The notes: generated by a model not told the origin, from the sequence alone. Shown: positions 49,698 through 63,430, counted from the stretch's first letter. The stretch is DNA of 64,000 bases from Mobula hypostoma (GCF_963921235.1 NC_086097.1:119042001-119106000), one strand, 5' to 3'. Numbers and translations: made by a program.

Positions 49698-52139
49698 AAA
49701 TATTAATAAATGCAGGAAAACAAGCAGGAATCGCCTGTCTGTGCTTACAAGAGCCAGCCAACACGTGAACAGAACTAGCACAACCAAAACAATGCACAGC
49801 ATATTGGTACGGTGACCTGGAAAATTTGAAATTACAGTTGCGCGGAAAATTTGAAATCAATGCGGATTATCGAAGGAACCGGATTACAGGTAGTCAGATT
49901 AGTGAAGGTCGACGTGTACCATCAAGTTACTGGATATGTCACTCAAGGTCTTGGGCTATATAAATTTTATTGCCTGACCGTATTTTTACTTGCTATCTTA
50001 TATGTGGTATATGTACTTTGTGCTGTGTATGACTGCTGGTACTGTGTTTTGAGCCTTGACCTTGGAGGAACACTGTTTCGTTTGGCTGTATTCATGGATA
50101 TCATGTCTGGTTGAATGACAATTGAACTTGAACTTGTATAAAAAGCATCTGATGGCTCTAGGACTGTACCTGCTGGAGTTTAGAATAATGAGGGGGTTCT
50201 CATTGAAACATATTGAATATTGAAATGTCTAGATAGAAAGGGACATGGAGAGATAGTTTCCTGGAGTGGGGCAGTTTAGCAACAGAGGGATGCCCCTTTA
50301 GAACAAAGATGAGGAGAAACTTCTATAGCCAGAAGGTGAGGAATCTGTGAATTAATTCCTACAGATGGCTGTTGAGGCATTGGGTATATTTAAAGTGAAG
50401 GTTGATTAGTTCTTGATTAGAAAGGGCTTCAAAGGTTATGTGGAGAAGGCCGAAGAATGGGTTTGAGAATGATAATAAATCAACTAAATTGGAATGGTGG
50501 AGCAGATTCATTGGGCTGAATGGCCTAATTCTGCTCCTATGTCTTATGGTCTTTACTTCATTCCTAATCCTCCAAAAAAATTATCCTCCAGTTTTTTTCC
50601 AGGATCTTGCCACACTCTATATGTCTTCTGCAGCTTCTCCTTGGCACATTTTATTTCTAATGCCTCTTATTTGGCAGAAACTGGCTTTCACAATAGTCTA
50701 AAGTCATCAAAATGTTCTTGAATATCTGGCAGATAATTTCCTGCAGACGTTCAAAATTTGAAGCTATTCTACAAGCAAATCACTATCAAATGAACTGTAA
50801 GTTTAAAAATATATAATTTTTAAACTCATAATTTAATCTGGGTACAGTTGGCAATGCCAAAAGTTGTTGCCCCCTTTTCAAATTGCCTTTGAGAAATTGG
50901 TGATGAAGAATGTTCTTTAACTGCTTCAGTTATGCTGGTGAAAGTATTCCCACATGGGAGGGAATTCCATGATTTCAATCCAGCTACATTTCTGAATCAG
51001 TACCACATGCAATGAAGGATATCCTACATCTCGTGGTATTCTTGCTTCCTGCTTCCCTAGTCCTTTTTGCTAGTAGACTTTGTGAATTTTAGAGGAATCG
51101 CTAAGTCAGTGGCTGGTGGGGAGGGTCAGTGGTAGGGGTCGGGTAAATTACAACAGTGTATTTTATAGACTTTAGACATTGGTGAAAGGAATGTATGTTC
51201 TGAGTCATGGTGTGTCAATGGTTATTACATTTCAATCATCAGGCTCCTAAGCCATGTGGATAACTTGACTCACCTCAATACTGAACTGATTCTACTACCT
51301 ATGAACTCATTTGCAAGTAATCGCTCATGTTCTCAACACGTATGCAAATATTTCTTAGTTTGTTTTTGTGTGTTTTTTTTATAGTGCACAGATTGTCTTC
51401 TTGGCACATTGGTTGTTTGTCAGTCTTCATGTATCATTTGTTATTGATTCAATTGTAGTACCTTGTTCTACTGTGAATGTCAACAAGAAATTGAATCTCA
51501 GGGTAGTATATGGTGCCATATATGTTCTTTGATAATACATTTACTTTGAATTTTGCACTGTAAACGTTGTTGAATGTGTTGTTGAAGACCTATTCATACA
51601 AAAAAAAGTACAGAGTGTTCCATTAAGCTTTGAAGATGATGGAAAAATCTTGGGGTATCAGGTGAGACACTTGCTACTGGATACTCAGCTTCTGATCTCC
51701 TCTTGGAGCCACAGTATTTATATGAATTGTCCATATAGGTTTGAATGGACTTCATGCTGTTCATGGTATGGGACTCAGTAATGGTAATACTATGAAATAT
51801 TTGGGACAGGTAGTAAGATTTTTTTCTTCTTGGAGATGGTTTTTGCCTAATACTTTCATGGCAGGAACAGTGCCTGCTATTTATCAGCAAGCATCTGAAT
51901 GTTATCTCCCTTGTGCTGAAGGCGAGCATGGACACTTTCACTTGCTGATGGGTTGTGAATGAAATTGAACATTGTGCAATCATCAGTCCACATCCCCAGT
52001 CTGATATTATGAGGGTAGGAAGATCATTGATGAAAGAGTTTGTATCTGGGGTGAGAATTGTATCCTAAGGAAAACCTGTGATGATGTCCTAGGACAGGGA
52101 TGAATGACAAGCCTCCACCCTGCTCACCTCAAAACAAAA

Positions 52140-52557
52140 CCACACGATCACTTGAGTCGAGTATAATGTTCTCCTAAGGAGTTTCCCTCAATGGAAAATG
52201 CCTGTGCATGACTTTGTTTAATGTGGGGAGGCTGATGCATGGGAAGCCACCACATGGTCCTTTACAGATAGTGGTCAAGACCCGATGGCATGGAATGCAA
52301 GTCAACTGGGGAACTTTCACTGTTGCATCCTTCCTAAGCCCTCAGTGCTGTTGCAATGTGTCATCATCTTCTGCCAGCTCCACCACTGAGGGCTCAGTTG
52401 GATTACTCCTTGTCTGGAACCTTCCCCTTGACCTTACTGCCATGGGCGATCCCTCCACACCTCAAGATAAAGTGGCTAAACTCCAGACAGCATCACTCCT
52501 GTGGTCTCAGGAACTCATAGTCTTCTCCATCATGACAAGGTGATGACCCTAAAAGAA
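52140..52557 (-). mobile_element. RTE-derived non-autonomous element
   Basis: Colinear with 47215-47697. Confidence 0.6.
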
Positions 52558-53097
52558 GCTATGAGGAAATATGACTACAACCACTGAGATATTTACTCTT
52601 TGATACCATTTACTTCAATTTTACCAGAATGTCCTGATACAACACTTGACTAAATCTGCCTTGAATCAAGGCCATCACTCTGACCTGTCCTTTGAGAGTT
52701 GTTTTTTTGTGGCATGTTTGGATCAATGCTATCATGAGGTCTGAAGAGAAGTGGTCTGATGAAAATTCAAACTAAGCAAAGATAAGTAGACTATTGTGAA
52801 TAAGTTTCTCTTGATAGCACAGTCATTGTCATTTTCTATCATTTAGCAGATAATTAAATGTGAAGTATGTGGTAGCAACTAATTACATTCATTTTATTCT
52901 GCTTTTGGTGAGTGGGAAAAGCTTAGGCAATTTTCCTCATTCTTGGTTAAAGACAAGTGATGTAATTGTTCTGGAACTGTTTGGCTAGAAACACACCTAG
53001 TTCTGGAATACAGATCTTCTGTACTACAGCTGATATGTTGTCTTGTCTCATAGTGTTTACTGTATCCAGGGCTTCTATTCATTTCTTAATATCATTT

Positions 53098-53478
53098 AAG
53101 ACCATAAGACCATAAGACACAGGAGCAGAAATAGACCATTTGGGCCATCGAGTCTGCTCCACTGTTCTTTCATGGCTGATTTATTATCCCTTTCTACCCC
53201 ATTTTCTTGCCTTCTCTCTATAACCTTTAAAACCCTTACTAATCAAAAACCTATCAATCTCCAGTTTAAGTATTTCCAGTGACTTGGCCTCCACTCCCAT
53301 ATACAGCAATAAATTGCATGGATTCACCACCCAATGGCTAAATAAATTCCTCCTAATCTCTCCTCTAAAGGGACATTCTTCTATTCTGAGACTGTGGCCA
53401 TTGTCCCTGGGCTTCCTCACTATCTGAAACATCCTTGCCACAGACACACTCTCTAGGCCTTTCAATATTCAATAGGTT
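53098..53478 (-). mobile_element. CR1 3' end
   Basis: GHSLRIE...RRNLFSHWVVN; (cttatggt)n tail. Confidence 0.8.
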
Positions 53479-53499
53479 GGAGTGAATTGAATTGTGTTA

Positions 53500-54272
53500 A
53501 GAGTGAGTTCGCTGATAACACACCTGTTGTTGGCAGAATTTCAGATGGCAACAAGGAGATATACAGCAGTGAGATAGATTGGCTGGTTGAGATGTGTCAC
53601 AGTAACAACCTTGTACTCAATGCCAGTAAGATGAATGAAGGGATTTTGGGCTTCAGGAAGGGGAGTTGAGGAAGAGCTCATCGGGGGATCAGCAGTGGAA
53701 TGGGTAAGCAGCTTTAAGTTCCTGATGGTCAACATCCCTTGGAAATCTATCCTTAGCCCAACATACTGATGCAGTTGCAAAGAAAGCATGCCTGTAGCTG
53801 TTTTATTTGGAGTTTGAGGAGATTTGGTTGTCACCAAAGACTGTAGCAAATTTCTACAGCATTCATGATGGTTGCTTCATCAGCTGGTATGGAGGTGCCA
53901 ATGAACAGGATCAGAAAAAGTGCAGAAGATTTAAACTCAGTCTGCTACACCATGGGTACAAGGTTTCTCACCATTGAGGATATATTCAAAAGGTGATGCC
54001 TCGTCATCGTGTTGGACTCTCACCATCCAGAGCATGCCCTCTTCTCATTACTACCATCAATGAGGAGGTACAGGAGCCTAAAGACACACACTCACTCAAC
54101 ATTTTAGGAACAGCTTATTCCCATTCTGAGTGGTCCATGAATCCTGGAACAATACTTCACCATTTCGCTCTCCTTTGGCACTATTTATCCTTTCTGGTGC
54201 ATATTTTTATTGTAGCTTATCATCACTTTTTGCATTGCCAGGTACTGCTGCTGCAAAACAGCAAATTTCATG
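53500..54272 (+). mobile_element. Rex1-like relic
   Basis: FADNTPVVGRIS...SNNLVLNASK. Confidence 0.75.
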
Positions 54273-54879
54273 ACAGCCCCTGTGCTCCTCCTTGAAGCAG
54301 AATCTATCCTTAGCCTAATGCTGGTATCTGCGTGAGGCCTTTACTGAGCCTGAGATTATAGATTGTGGTAGTGGATGTTTCCACTGCCTTTGATGGCCCT
54401 CATTGCCTCATGGATGTTCAGCTTTGACCTGTTCTGAGCCTAACTCACATGAATATTTAGGCAGCATACAACATGATGGAAGGAGTCTTTAAATGAGGAC
54501 AGTTTAATGGCTATTGAAGCCATTGAAAGATCCTATCCTATCCTTATGAAATGTATGTGTACATTAGAGAAGGTATTGCCTTGTGCTTTGATCTCCAAAA
54601 TCAGTGTGTTGTTTTCAGGATTGCACACCAATTCCACAACCTATGGACTTACTTTCAAGAACTCTACAACTTATATTCCCCGCATCATTTATGTATTATT
54701 ATTACTATTTGTTTCTTTTTTGCATTTGCACAGTTTTCTTTCTTTTGCACATTGGCTGTCAGTCTTTGTGTGTCGTGCTTCAGTAGTGATAACATACACA
54801 TACTTTGATAAGAAATTTACTTTGAACTTTGATCTTTTTCTCCTTAATGTGATAGTATTACACATAAAATTCAACATTG

Positions 54880-57166
54880 CAGAAATTGCAGGGGCCATAG
54901 CAGAGATAGTTAAAACATGCCTAGCGACAGGAGAGGTACTAGAGGAGTGGAGGATAGCCAATGTTCTGCTGTTTAAAAAAGGCTCTAAACATAAACCAGA
55001 AAATTATAGTCCATTGAGTCTGACATCAGTTGTGGGAAAGTTATTGAAAGGTATTCTAAGGGAGCACATACATAAGAATTTCAAAGGTTTCAAAGGTGCA
55101 TTTCATGTCAGAGAGATATATACGATATACATCTCGAAATACTTCTTCTTCGCAACCATCCATGAAAAACAGAGAAATGCTCCCAAAGAAGGAATGACAG
55201 TTAAATATTAGGATCCCTAAGCCCCCACCAGCTCCCCTCCCTCCCACGAGTAAGTTGCAGCAAGCAACGATCCCCCCTACCCCCACCAGCAAAACAAAAC
55301 ATTGGCCACCAAGCACTCAAGCATGAGCAAGGTAACAGCAAAGACAGAGACTTGCAGTGCTCCAAAGACTGTGCGTTCACCCGGTATTCGACAAACCACA
55401 GGCTCTCTCTCTCTTTTCCTAATAAGGGATAAAGAGGTGTCTCCGTTTCACAGCGAAAGGGGAGACATAACAAACAACTCACTGGTGTATGATGTTAAAA
55501 GTTTGTTGCGTCGCTTTTTCTGGGCTCTGTGCCCAAAGATCTCAGGTTTCTGGGCACACAGCCTTTGATCTTCCCATGACACACCAATCTTCTGCCCGAC
55601 CTCCAATCCCCCTGTCTCCACAGCCAAGAAATTGGGGACCTCCAAAGGCGAGTGAAGCCCTTAGGCCACGGTCTTTGTGTGTCGAATAACGGCAAGTCGT
55701 GAAACCCTGAGAGCGGATCGCATTCCTGCAAAGAACCGTAGTCAGCATGTAACTCCAGGTCAAGGTCTTCAAAAGAACCCTGAAAGGGAAAATAGAGATA
55801 CTAAAGATGGAAATAGAGCTGTTTCTGAAGTTGCAAGCAAAGGAGTCACCGTTAGGCTCCATTGTCTCCTGGATAGACATGGGCTGATTAAGGATAATTA
55901 GCATGGCTTCATGAGGGGTAGATCATGTCCAACCAAACTTATAAAATTTTGAGGAAGTTATGAAGAAAGTGGATGAAGAAAAATAAATGTTGTCCACATG
56001 GACTTTATTAAGGCATTTGACAAGGTCCCACATGGGAGGTTGGTCAAGAAGATTCAGTCACTCGGCATTCAGGATGAGACAGTAAACTAGATTAGACATT
56101 GGCTTTTTGGGAGAAGTCAGTGAGAGGTAATAATTGGTTGCCTCTCTGACTGAAGCCCTGTGATTAGTAGTGTGCTGCAGAAATCACTGCTGGGTCCTTG
56201 TTTGTCCTCTATATCAATGATAATGTGGTTAACCGGATCAGCAAATTTGTGGATGACACCAAGACTGGGAGTGTAGTGGACAGTGAGGAAGACTATCATG
56301 GCTTGCAGAGGGATCTGTATCAGCTTGAAAACTAGGCTGAAAAATGGCAGATGGAATTTATTACAGCCAAGTGCAAGGTTTTACACACTTTTGTAGGACC
56401 AATCAGGGTAGGTCTTACACAGTAGATGGTAGGGTACTGAGGAGTGTGGTAGAACAAAGGGATCTGGGAATACAGTTCCATAATTCACTGAAAGTGGCAT
56501 GGCAGGTAGGTAGGGTCGTTAAGGAAGATTTTGGCGCATGGGCCATCAAAACTCAATCTATTGAGTACAGGAGATGGGATGTTATTTTGTAGTTGTATAA
56601 CACACTGCTGAGGTCTAATTTAGAGTCCTGTGTGAAGTTTTGGTCACCTACCTACAGTAAAGGTGCAAACGAGGTTGAAAGAGTACAGAGAAAGTTTACA
56701 AGTATGTTGCTGGGTTTGGAGAACCTGAGTTATAAGAAAAAATTGAATAGGTCAGGACTGTATTCTTTAGAATGTAGAAGATTGAGAGGAGATATGATAA
56801 AGGTATAGAAAATTTTGAGCGGCATAAATAGAGTAAATGCAAGCAGGCTTTTTCCACTGAGGTTGGGTGGAATGACAGCCAGAGGTCTTGGGTTAAGGGT
56901 GAAAGGTGAGAAGATTACGGTGAACCTGAGGGGAAACTGATTCACTCAGAGAGGCATGGGAGTGGGGAGCATGTTGCCATCACAAGGGGTGCATGCGAGC
57001 TTGATTTCAACATTTAAGATAAGTTTAGATGGGTACATGGATAGTAGGGTCATGAAAGGCTATGGTCCCAGTGAAGGTCGATGGAAATAGGCAGCTTAAA
57101 TGGTTTTGGCATTGACTAGATGGTCAAGAGTCCTGTTTATGTGTTGTACTTCTCTATGACTCTATG
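54880..57166 (+). mobile_element. CR1 LINE relic split by 55081-55870
   Basis: NYSPLSLTSVVGKLL, AFDKVPH, FVDDTK, RRLRGDMIKV; (tctatgac) tail. Confidence 0.9.
55081..55870 (-). mobile_element. Apparently full-length non-autonomous retroelement with (cctttgaaa) tail
   Basis: Cleanly interrupts CR1; 3' part is shared with 12085 and 49171. Confidence 0.7.
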
Positions 57167-57874
57167 TATTATGCCAACAATGGAGCATTGATTAACCAGC
57201 AAAGAGAAAATTTGACTGCATGTCTTAACTCTATGGGTGCTTGCCATCTTTGGGAAGCCTGCTATTTTATCTAAAGCCCTAACCTCAAACCAAACAGGTG
57301 AGCACACATTTTGATGGATGGAATCTCAAATTACTGTATTTCTGTGGGTGAGTAAATCAGCCAGTCTATGTCCAGCTATGATAATCACACATTGACACAT
57401 AAGTGTGCAAATAATGAGGCATTTGCATTTCTAAGATGGATATTAGCACAGAAAGCCAGCAGGAGATCTTGTTTCCAATAGGAACTAGATATAATTGGGA
57501 AAATCACTTTGGCCAGAATCTTAGAACTGCTCATTACAATGTGCTATCTCACTCACAATGAGCACAGTCAAAAACTGGCCCTGTGGATTAATGACCAGCT
57601 GGCCAAGCTCAATCTTTATCATCAAAGGTATGAAAAGAATCCTAAAGCGAGGAAAGCAATAAGCTCAAACACTGTCAAAATAGCAATGGTAATTGAAAGA
57701 TGTTCAAAATCAGTAGAAACGTAAATAAATTGTGTTTAAAATGTGATGCTGGGATTGTGACGCATGATTTACCGTCTCTTTGACCCACTACTATCAACAT
57801 GCAAACTTCATGCTGTCTACTCATTAATTCATTTACCGCTAGCTGTGCTGCTAAATTGATTAGCCTTTTCTTCC

Positions 57875-58400
57875 TAAAGATAAACTTTATTCATAAAAAT
57901 TATGCATGAAAAATTCAAAAAACAGTGCATTGTTACCTTTACATTGATAGAGTCCTTCGGTTTATGCATTCATAATTTCATTCAATTTATACGTTTATAA
58001 CTTTAGTACCTTCTGTGTGCAGAGCACCCTCGCAACTCCTGTGGCCCTCTTGGTTGATAAAGAGACTTGAAGTGTTTAAGGGACTTTCACATTGGGCCTA
58101 GCCCCGTAATGTCTGGTGCTACAGCACCTCAGACTGCTGTCCTTCCAAACAAAGCCTTTAATTTGGCTGCAACTACCAGTAGTGCTTCCCTCAGCATGCA
58201 CTTCTGCAGCCTCAAATGTGCCTGTCGGCAGCATTTCCTTACAGACGTCTTGGGGTACTGGAAAACCAACGATTTTTGGGCAGACCATGCTACATCTTCC
58301 ACTGAGTTGTTAATCTCCCAGCAGCATTTGATGTTTGTCTTGGTATGCATCCCTGGGAACAGCCCATCGACTCTAGTCTTCTGAGCTGTTCTTGAAGACA
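57875..58400 (-). mobile_element. Tx1/L1-clade 3' relic
   Basis: GLFPGMHT.TNIKCCW..INSV....WSA...LVFQ....SV..CCR.AH.RLQ C-terminal motif; aataaag near the end. Confidence 0.7.
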
Positions 58401-58859
58401 CATACTCAATATTTTAGGAACAGCTTCTCCCCATCTGCCATCAGATTTCTGAATGGACAATGAACCCATTAACACTAGATCGCTATTTTTGCACTACTTA
58501 TTTAATACATATTATTGAAGAGCCAAATTAGATATGATTCTTTTAAGTAGCTCACAGCTTGGGACAGCCCAATATAAAAGCTGTATAGAAGTTTATGGTG
58601 GTCTGAAAAACCCTGAAAAAAAAATTGTTAACAGCAGGGAGTGTAGGGTAATAGGAACCAATGCCCTGAGATTCTTGGATGCACTAGAGATGATACACAT
58701 TCTACAAAACATTTGCAACTTCTCTCCAAGATTATTAGACACCAAACAATTTAATGAGCAGGTATAGGGTGATGCGAAGGGGCATATCAATGCTATTACA
58801 GTTGTCCACAATGCAAGAAAATGTTAGGCTCTCATTTCACCCGTTCTGGACCTGAGCCA

Positions 58860-59190
58860 AAGAGATTCAAGAGATTAGCTTTTTTGTCCCATGCACTGTG
58901 CATCGAAACATTAAAACATATAGTGATATGCATTGCTTGTGTCAAATCAAATATGCAAGAATTGTGCTGGGGCAGCCTGCAAGTGTCGCCATGCTTCAGG
59001 TGCCAATGTATCACGTCCACAACTTGCTAACCCTAACCTGTACATCTTTGGAAGGTGGGAGGTAACTGGGCATGTAGAGGAAACCCATGCAGTCTCGGAG
59101 GGAATGTAGAAATTCCTTACAGATAGGGGCAGAATTGAACACTGAATGGTGCTGTACTGCAATTGTGCTAAATGATGCACCATCCTACCC
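58860..59190 (-). mobile_element. V-SINE
   Basis: Same body as 29725 copies. Confidence 0.65.
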
Positions 59191-60207
59191 TTTTCTTGAT
59201 AATGCAATATATCCATTCCTTTTATCTCAGTGTCTCCCCATGCACCCACATTCCTTCAACCATTAATGTCTGCTTAGTCACTTACAGTTCTGTTGCTTCT
59301 TCTAGCAGAAAATGTCAAGCTGCTTCTTTCATTCTCTGAGCTGTTAATCAGGGCATTAATTCCTTTCCTTCCTTCATGCAGGAGCTTGGACACAGCAGGA
59401 GACAGCGTACAGGAACCAGGGGAGGCCTTCCTCTGTGATACCAAAGGGAAAGGTCACCAACAGCATCATTGGCACAGGGAGTTCTCACAGCATCGGTGGT
59501 GGCCAGGCTGCAGGCCAGGCGTGCCAGGGTGACTGAACAACTTCCCTTCCTTGACTTCTATTTAATTCTTTGATTCACCTATTCTTGGAACGATAAGCCA
59601 ATGCTGTGTTATCCTTTCACTCGCTCTTGCAAGCTGTTGAGCTGTGCGTGAACTCTTTCTCTCGGTCCATCAGATGTCTCAGAGAGTGTGGTGAGAGGTT
59701 CGAAAGACAGAAACACCCAGAAGAGGCAACATATTTGCAGATAGCCTTCCAATCACTGGCATAGATATTGGCAATATGAGGTACTGAGTTTGAGGCCCCT
59801 GCACTCGGTGAGTCACTGAGAGATTTGCATAAGAGAAAGTGTGAGCACCAACTCAGAAGCAGCTCAGCAGATCTGGCTCTGGTGAAGAGAACAGAGATAG
59901 AGATATAGGAGCTCTGGCCATTAAAGGGAAAGATGATTGCTGTGTTTTAGTGATTTAGTAAATAAACTGGACTCTTGCCTCAACAGATTACCAACCATCT
60001 TATGATAATATGATTGCTTTAAGATTATCTTTGAGCTTGTTCATTGTCACATTCTCTCTGAAAACTCCACTTTCTTGGGATACCTGTGGTTTGGGCTGAC
60101 ATTTCGCTCAAACTTAACAGCTGATAGAGGAGAATTGATATTTAAATCTGAACTTCCAATTCCCAGCATAAACTGTGGTGAATCTCCTGATATTTAGGCA
60201 CAAAAGG

Positions 60208-61108
60208 TGGGCAGCACAGTAGTGCAGCAATTAGTGTAATGTTTTACACTGCCAACGATTAGAAGATCAGGTTAACTTGTATATTGAAACATACATTTAT
60301 TTCAAGTCAAATCAATGAGAGCTGTGCTGGGCAACCTGCAAATGACGCCACACTTCCAGTAGCAACATAACATACCCAGAACTTGCTAACTCTTACTGTA
60401 CAACTTTGGAATATGGGAGGAAACTGTAGCGCCCTAAAAAATTCCTTGTAGATTATGGTTGGAATTGAAGTCCAATCTTTCAGCTGGCCCTAGCCGCAAT
60501 GCTATAGTCCCACGCTAACTGGGGTAGATCACTGTCTGTAAAGAGTTTGTACATTCTCCCCGTGATCCTGGGTGCTCCAGTTTCCTCCAACATTCCGAAT
60601 TTATATCGTACATGTTAGGATTAGTGAGTTGCGGTCATGCTATGCTGGTGCCAGAAGCATGACGGCTCTTACAGCCTGTCACCAGCACATTCGTGGACTG
60701 CGTTGATCATGGATGTGTCACTGGATGGCCCGATAACATAGTGGTTAGCACAGCACTTTACAGTACCAGCGATCCGGGGTCAATTCCTACTGTTGCTTCT
60801 AAGAAGTTTGTATGTTCGCCCTATGACCGTGTGGGTTTCCCCCCGGTGCTTTGGTTTCCACCCAGAGTCCGAACACATACATACCAGTTGATAGCTTAGT
60901 TGGTCATTGCAAATTGTCCTGTGATTAGGCTAGGAGTAAATCAGGGGATTGCTGGGCAGCACGGCTCAAAGGGCTGGAAGGGCCTATTCCACACTGTATC
61001 TCAATAAATCAATAAATTAATAAATTGATGCAAACAACTCATGTCACTGTATGTTTCCAAAATTCAATGTAACTGTAACAAATGTAACAGACAAAGCTAA
61101 TCTTTTTT
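60208..61108. mobile_element. Cluster of nested V-SINEs, including an HE1-like copy at about 60725-61025
   Basis: Several heads and V-domains in both orientations; HE1 tail gggctggaagggcctattcc...(aataa)n. Confidence 0.65.
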
Positions 61109-62340
61109 TAGACATGCGTCACTACAGTTTTGTTTTATAATGTCTCCAATAACTGACTCCTTTCATTTATCGATTAATCAAGCCAAACAAGGTGTAAAGC
61201 AGTCAACTTAACAAATTTATATGTTTAATGTTGGTGATGTAATTCAGAGTCTGCACTAAACATGAATTAGGTTCTGCACAGCATATCCTATATCTTAACA
61301 GAAATTGTTTTAACTGTGATGATATTGAGTTCACTGTCTGCAAAGCTCTAAACTCAAAAGGAGATTTAAAGCCCTAACAAATGTAGGTATCTATGGGTAC
61401 CCTCATTATAGGGAGGTAATATTATATCAACCTACTCTTCAAAGACTAGCTTACTTCCCTGTTGACGCTCTGCAGTGAGCTCTATATGATGTTTTTAGAT
61501 ACCTTTACTCATCAATGTGATTCACACAGATGACTACAAGCTTCTGGGGACCGAGATCCCAGGCACCAAAATTTAATGCTGTGAGGGCTAACTCTCAATT
61601 ATCCCAACTATCGATTGACCAACTATTCCTGTGACCATGTTTAATGTGCTTAGTGACAAAATCAGTCTGATCTGCAAGCTTCCTTGAAGTTCAGTCACAC
61701 CGGTGAAAGCAACTCAGCCTTTGATGTAGGCCAATTAACTTAACCCCATTGTCTTACATTGATTCAACTTGAGCCCACAAGACCTCACTCATTACTTGCT
61801 TACAGCAAGAATCTGAGCAAGGAGTATCGGATAGAAGTTTAACTTTTTCAAAAATCATTCTGAACCTTTGGAAAGGTCATGCTGCTGTGCTAGAAAGCTG
61901 AGACTATCAATAAGCCTCTTGGCCCCTGGAAGTGAATATCCATCACATAACATGTTCAAGATCACTTAGGTTTATCACTGAAGGATCTCTGAAAGGATCA
62001 TTACCAGTTAGGGATATCTACTGATGTGTTAAAATATTGAGATCTTCAAGTCAGATTTATTTGTCAAACCTTCTTAGAGTTATTCTTCATTTGCTGCATT
62101 TTCTTTCGCAACAGAAGGGGAAAAAAGAATAGGAATTCCATGTAATGAACCCCAGATTCCTTAATGTGATGATGGAAATTTTTGGGTGAGGACAACAGAT
62201 GATGCCCAGATCTTTGAACACTACAGCACAGTAATAGATACTTTGGCCCATTTGTCCATGGCAAATGATAATTCTGCCTTGACCCATTGACCTACACCTG
62301 GACCATACTCCTCCATTCATCTCCCATCCATGTATCTATG

Positions 62341-62491
62341 CACACAACATGCTGGAGAAACAAAGCATTTATGGAAAAGAGTAAACAGTTGACATTTTGG
62401 GCTGACACCCTTTATCAGGACTGGAAAAAAAAAAGATGAGAAGTCAGACTACAAATGTTGGGGGAGGAAAATCTACAGATTTTCTCCTGTT
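62341..62491. mobile_element. Miniature old head-to-head PLE insertion in a CR1 3' UTR
   Basis: Minus arm with degenerate hammerhead (about 62385-62423), then plus tail atctacagattttctcctgtt. Confidence 0.5.
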
Positions 62492-62539
62492 CGGGTATTT
62501 ATCAAAACTTCCCTAAAGTGTCTCAACCAGATTCACCAC

Positions 62540-62900
62540 TGTCTAGTACGGGAATTACAAGGCATCTGACTGCAAGATCCTAAAAAGGATTGTGAGAACT
62601 GCTGAGAAGATCATTGGAGTCTTTCTTCCACCCATCCATGATATTCATCAGAACTATATGACCCCCTTATCAGTACCACAAATCCTTTGACTCATTACTA
62701 TCAGGCATGAGGTACTATAGCATTAGGACAAGGATTGTTAAGATGGGAAACAGCTTCTTCCCCTAGGCTGTGAGACTACTGAACTCCCTGCCACCGCCAA
62801 GATCACATCACATAAGAGAGGCCAATACTGTACAGTGATTTCATTTTTTTAACACGCTGTAAATGCATCTTATTATTTGTTAATTTATTGTTGACAATAT
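62540..62900 (+). mobile_element. Rex1-like 3' relic
   Basis: LKRIVRTAEKIIG...LLSGMRY.SIRTR..MGNSFFP. Confidence 0.7.
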
Positions 62901-63119
62901 TTGCCACCCTTTGAATGAAGAAGTTAACCCAATACATGACCTCTAGTTCAAGTCTCAACCAAGATCAGTGGAAAAAGTCTGCTCGTATTTACCTTACGTA
63001 TACCCTCATAATTTTATCAAATATCCCCTCATCCTCCTACACTTCCCTCTGATTGAAAAACAGTGAGAGCAATGCTAAGCATGCAGGCTGCTTTGCTTTG
63101 TATGATGTTGATCTTAAAA

Positions 63120-63430
63120 GAGTATCATAATTTGTCACATATACCTGTACAGTGAAACATGCAGCAAAAAGCATTGCTTGCATCAAATCAAATCAGCGAG
63201 GATTGTGCTGGGCAGCTTGTAAGAGTCCCCATGCTTCCAGTGCTAACAAAGCATGCCCACAACTCACTATAACCATGACTCTATGTCTTTTGAATATGGG
63301 AGAAAACCGGAGTACCTGGAGGAAATCTATGTGGTCATGGGGAGAACGACAGACTCCTGACACACAGAGGTGGGAATTGAACCCAGATCTTATAGCTAGT
63401 ATTAAGATAATGACTACCATGCTGCCCCAT
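63120..63430 (-). mobile_element. V-SINE
   Basis: Same body as 29725 copies. Confidence 0.65.

Larger units (their letters stand above)
49045..49916. mobile_element. Tc1/pogo-type MITE
   Basis: TA-flanked imperfect TIRs caggtcaaccttc.ataatctg / cagattagtgaaggtcgacgtg. Confidence 0.65.
48445..50135 (+). mobile_element. Non-autonomous retroelement inserted in CR1, carrying nested MITE and chimera
   Basis: Starts aagatggag, ends (aacttg)n; CR1 flanks at 48258-48445 and 50140-50555 are colinear. Confidence 0.5.

Noticed and set aside
54507..55211. 234-aa ORF
   Set aside because: Runs across a Rex1 tail, CR1 and a non-autonomous element; a composite of repeats
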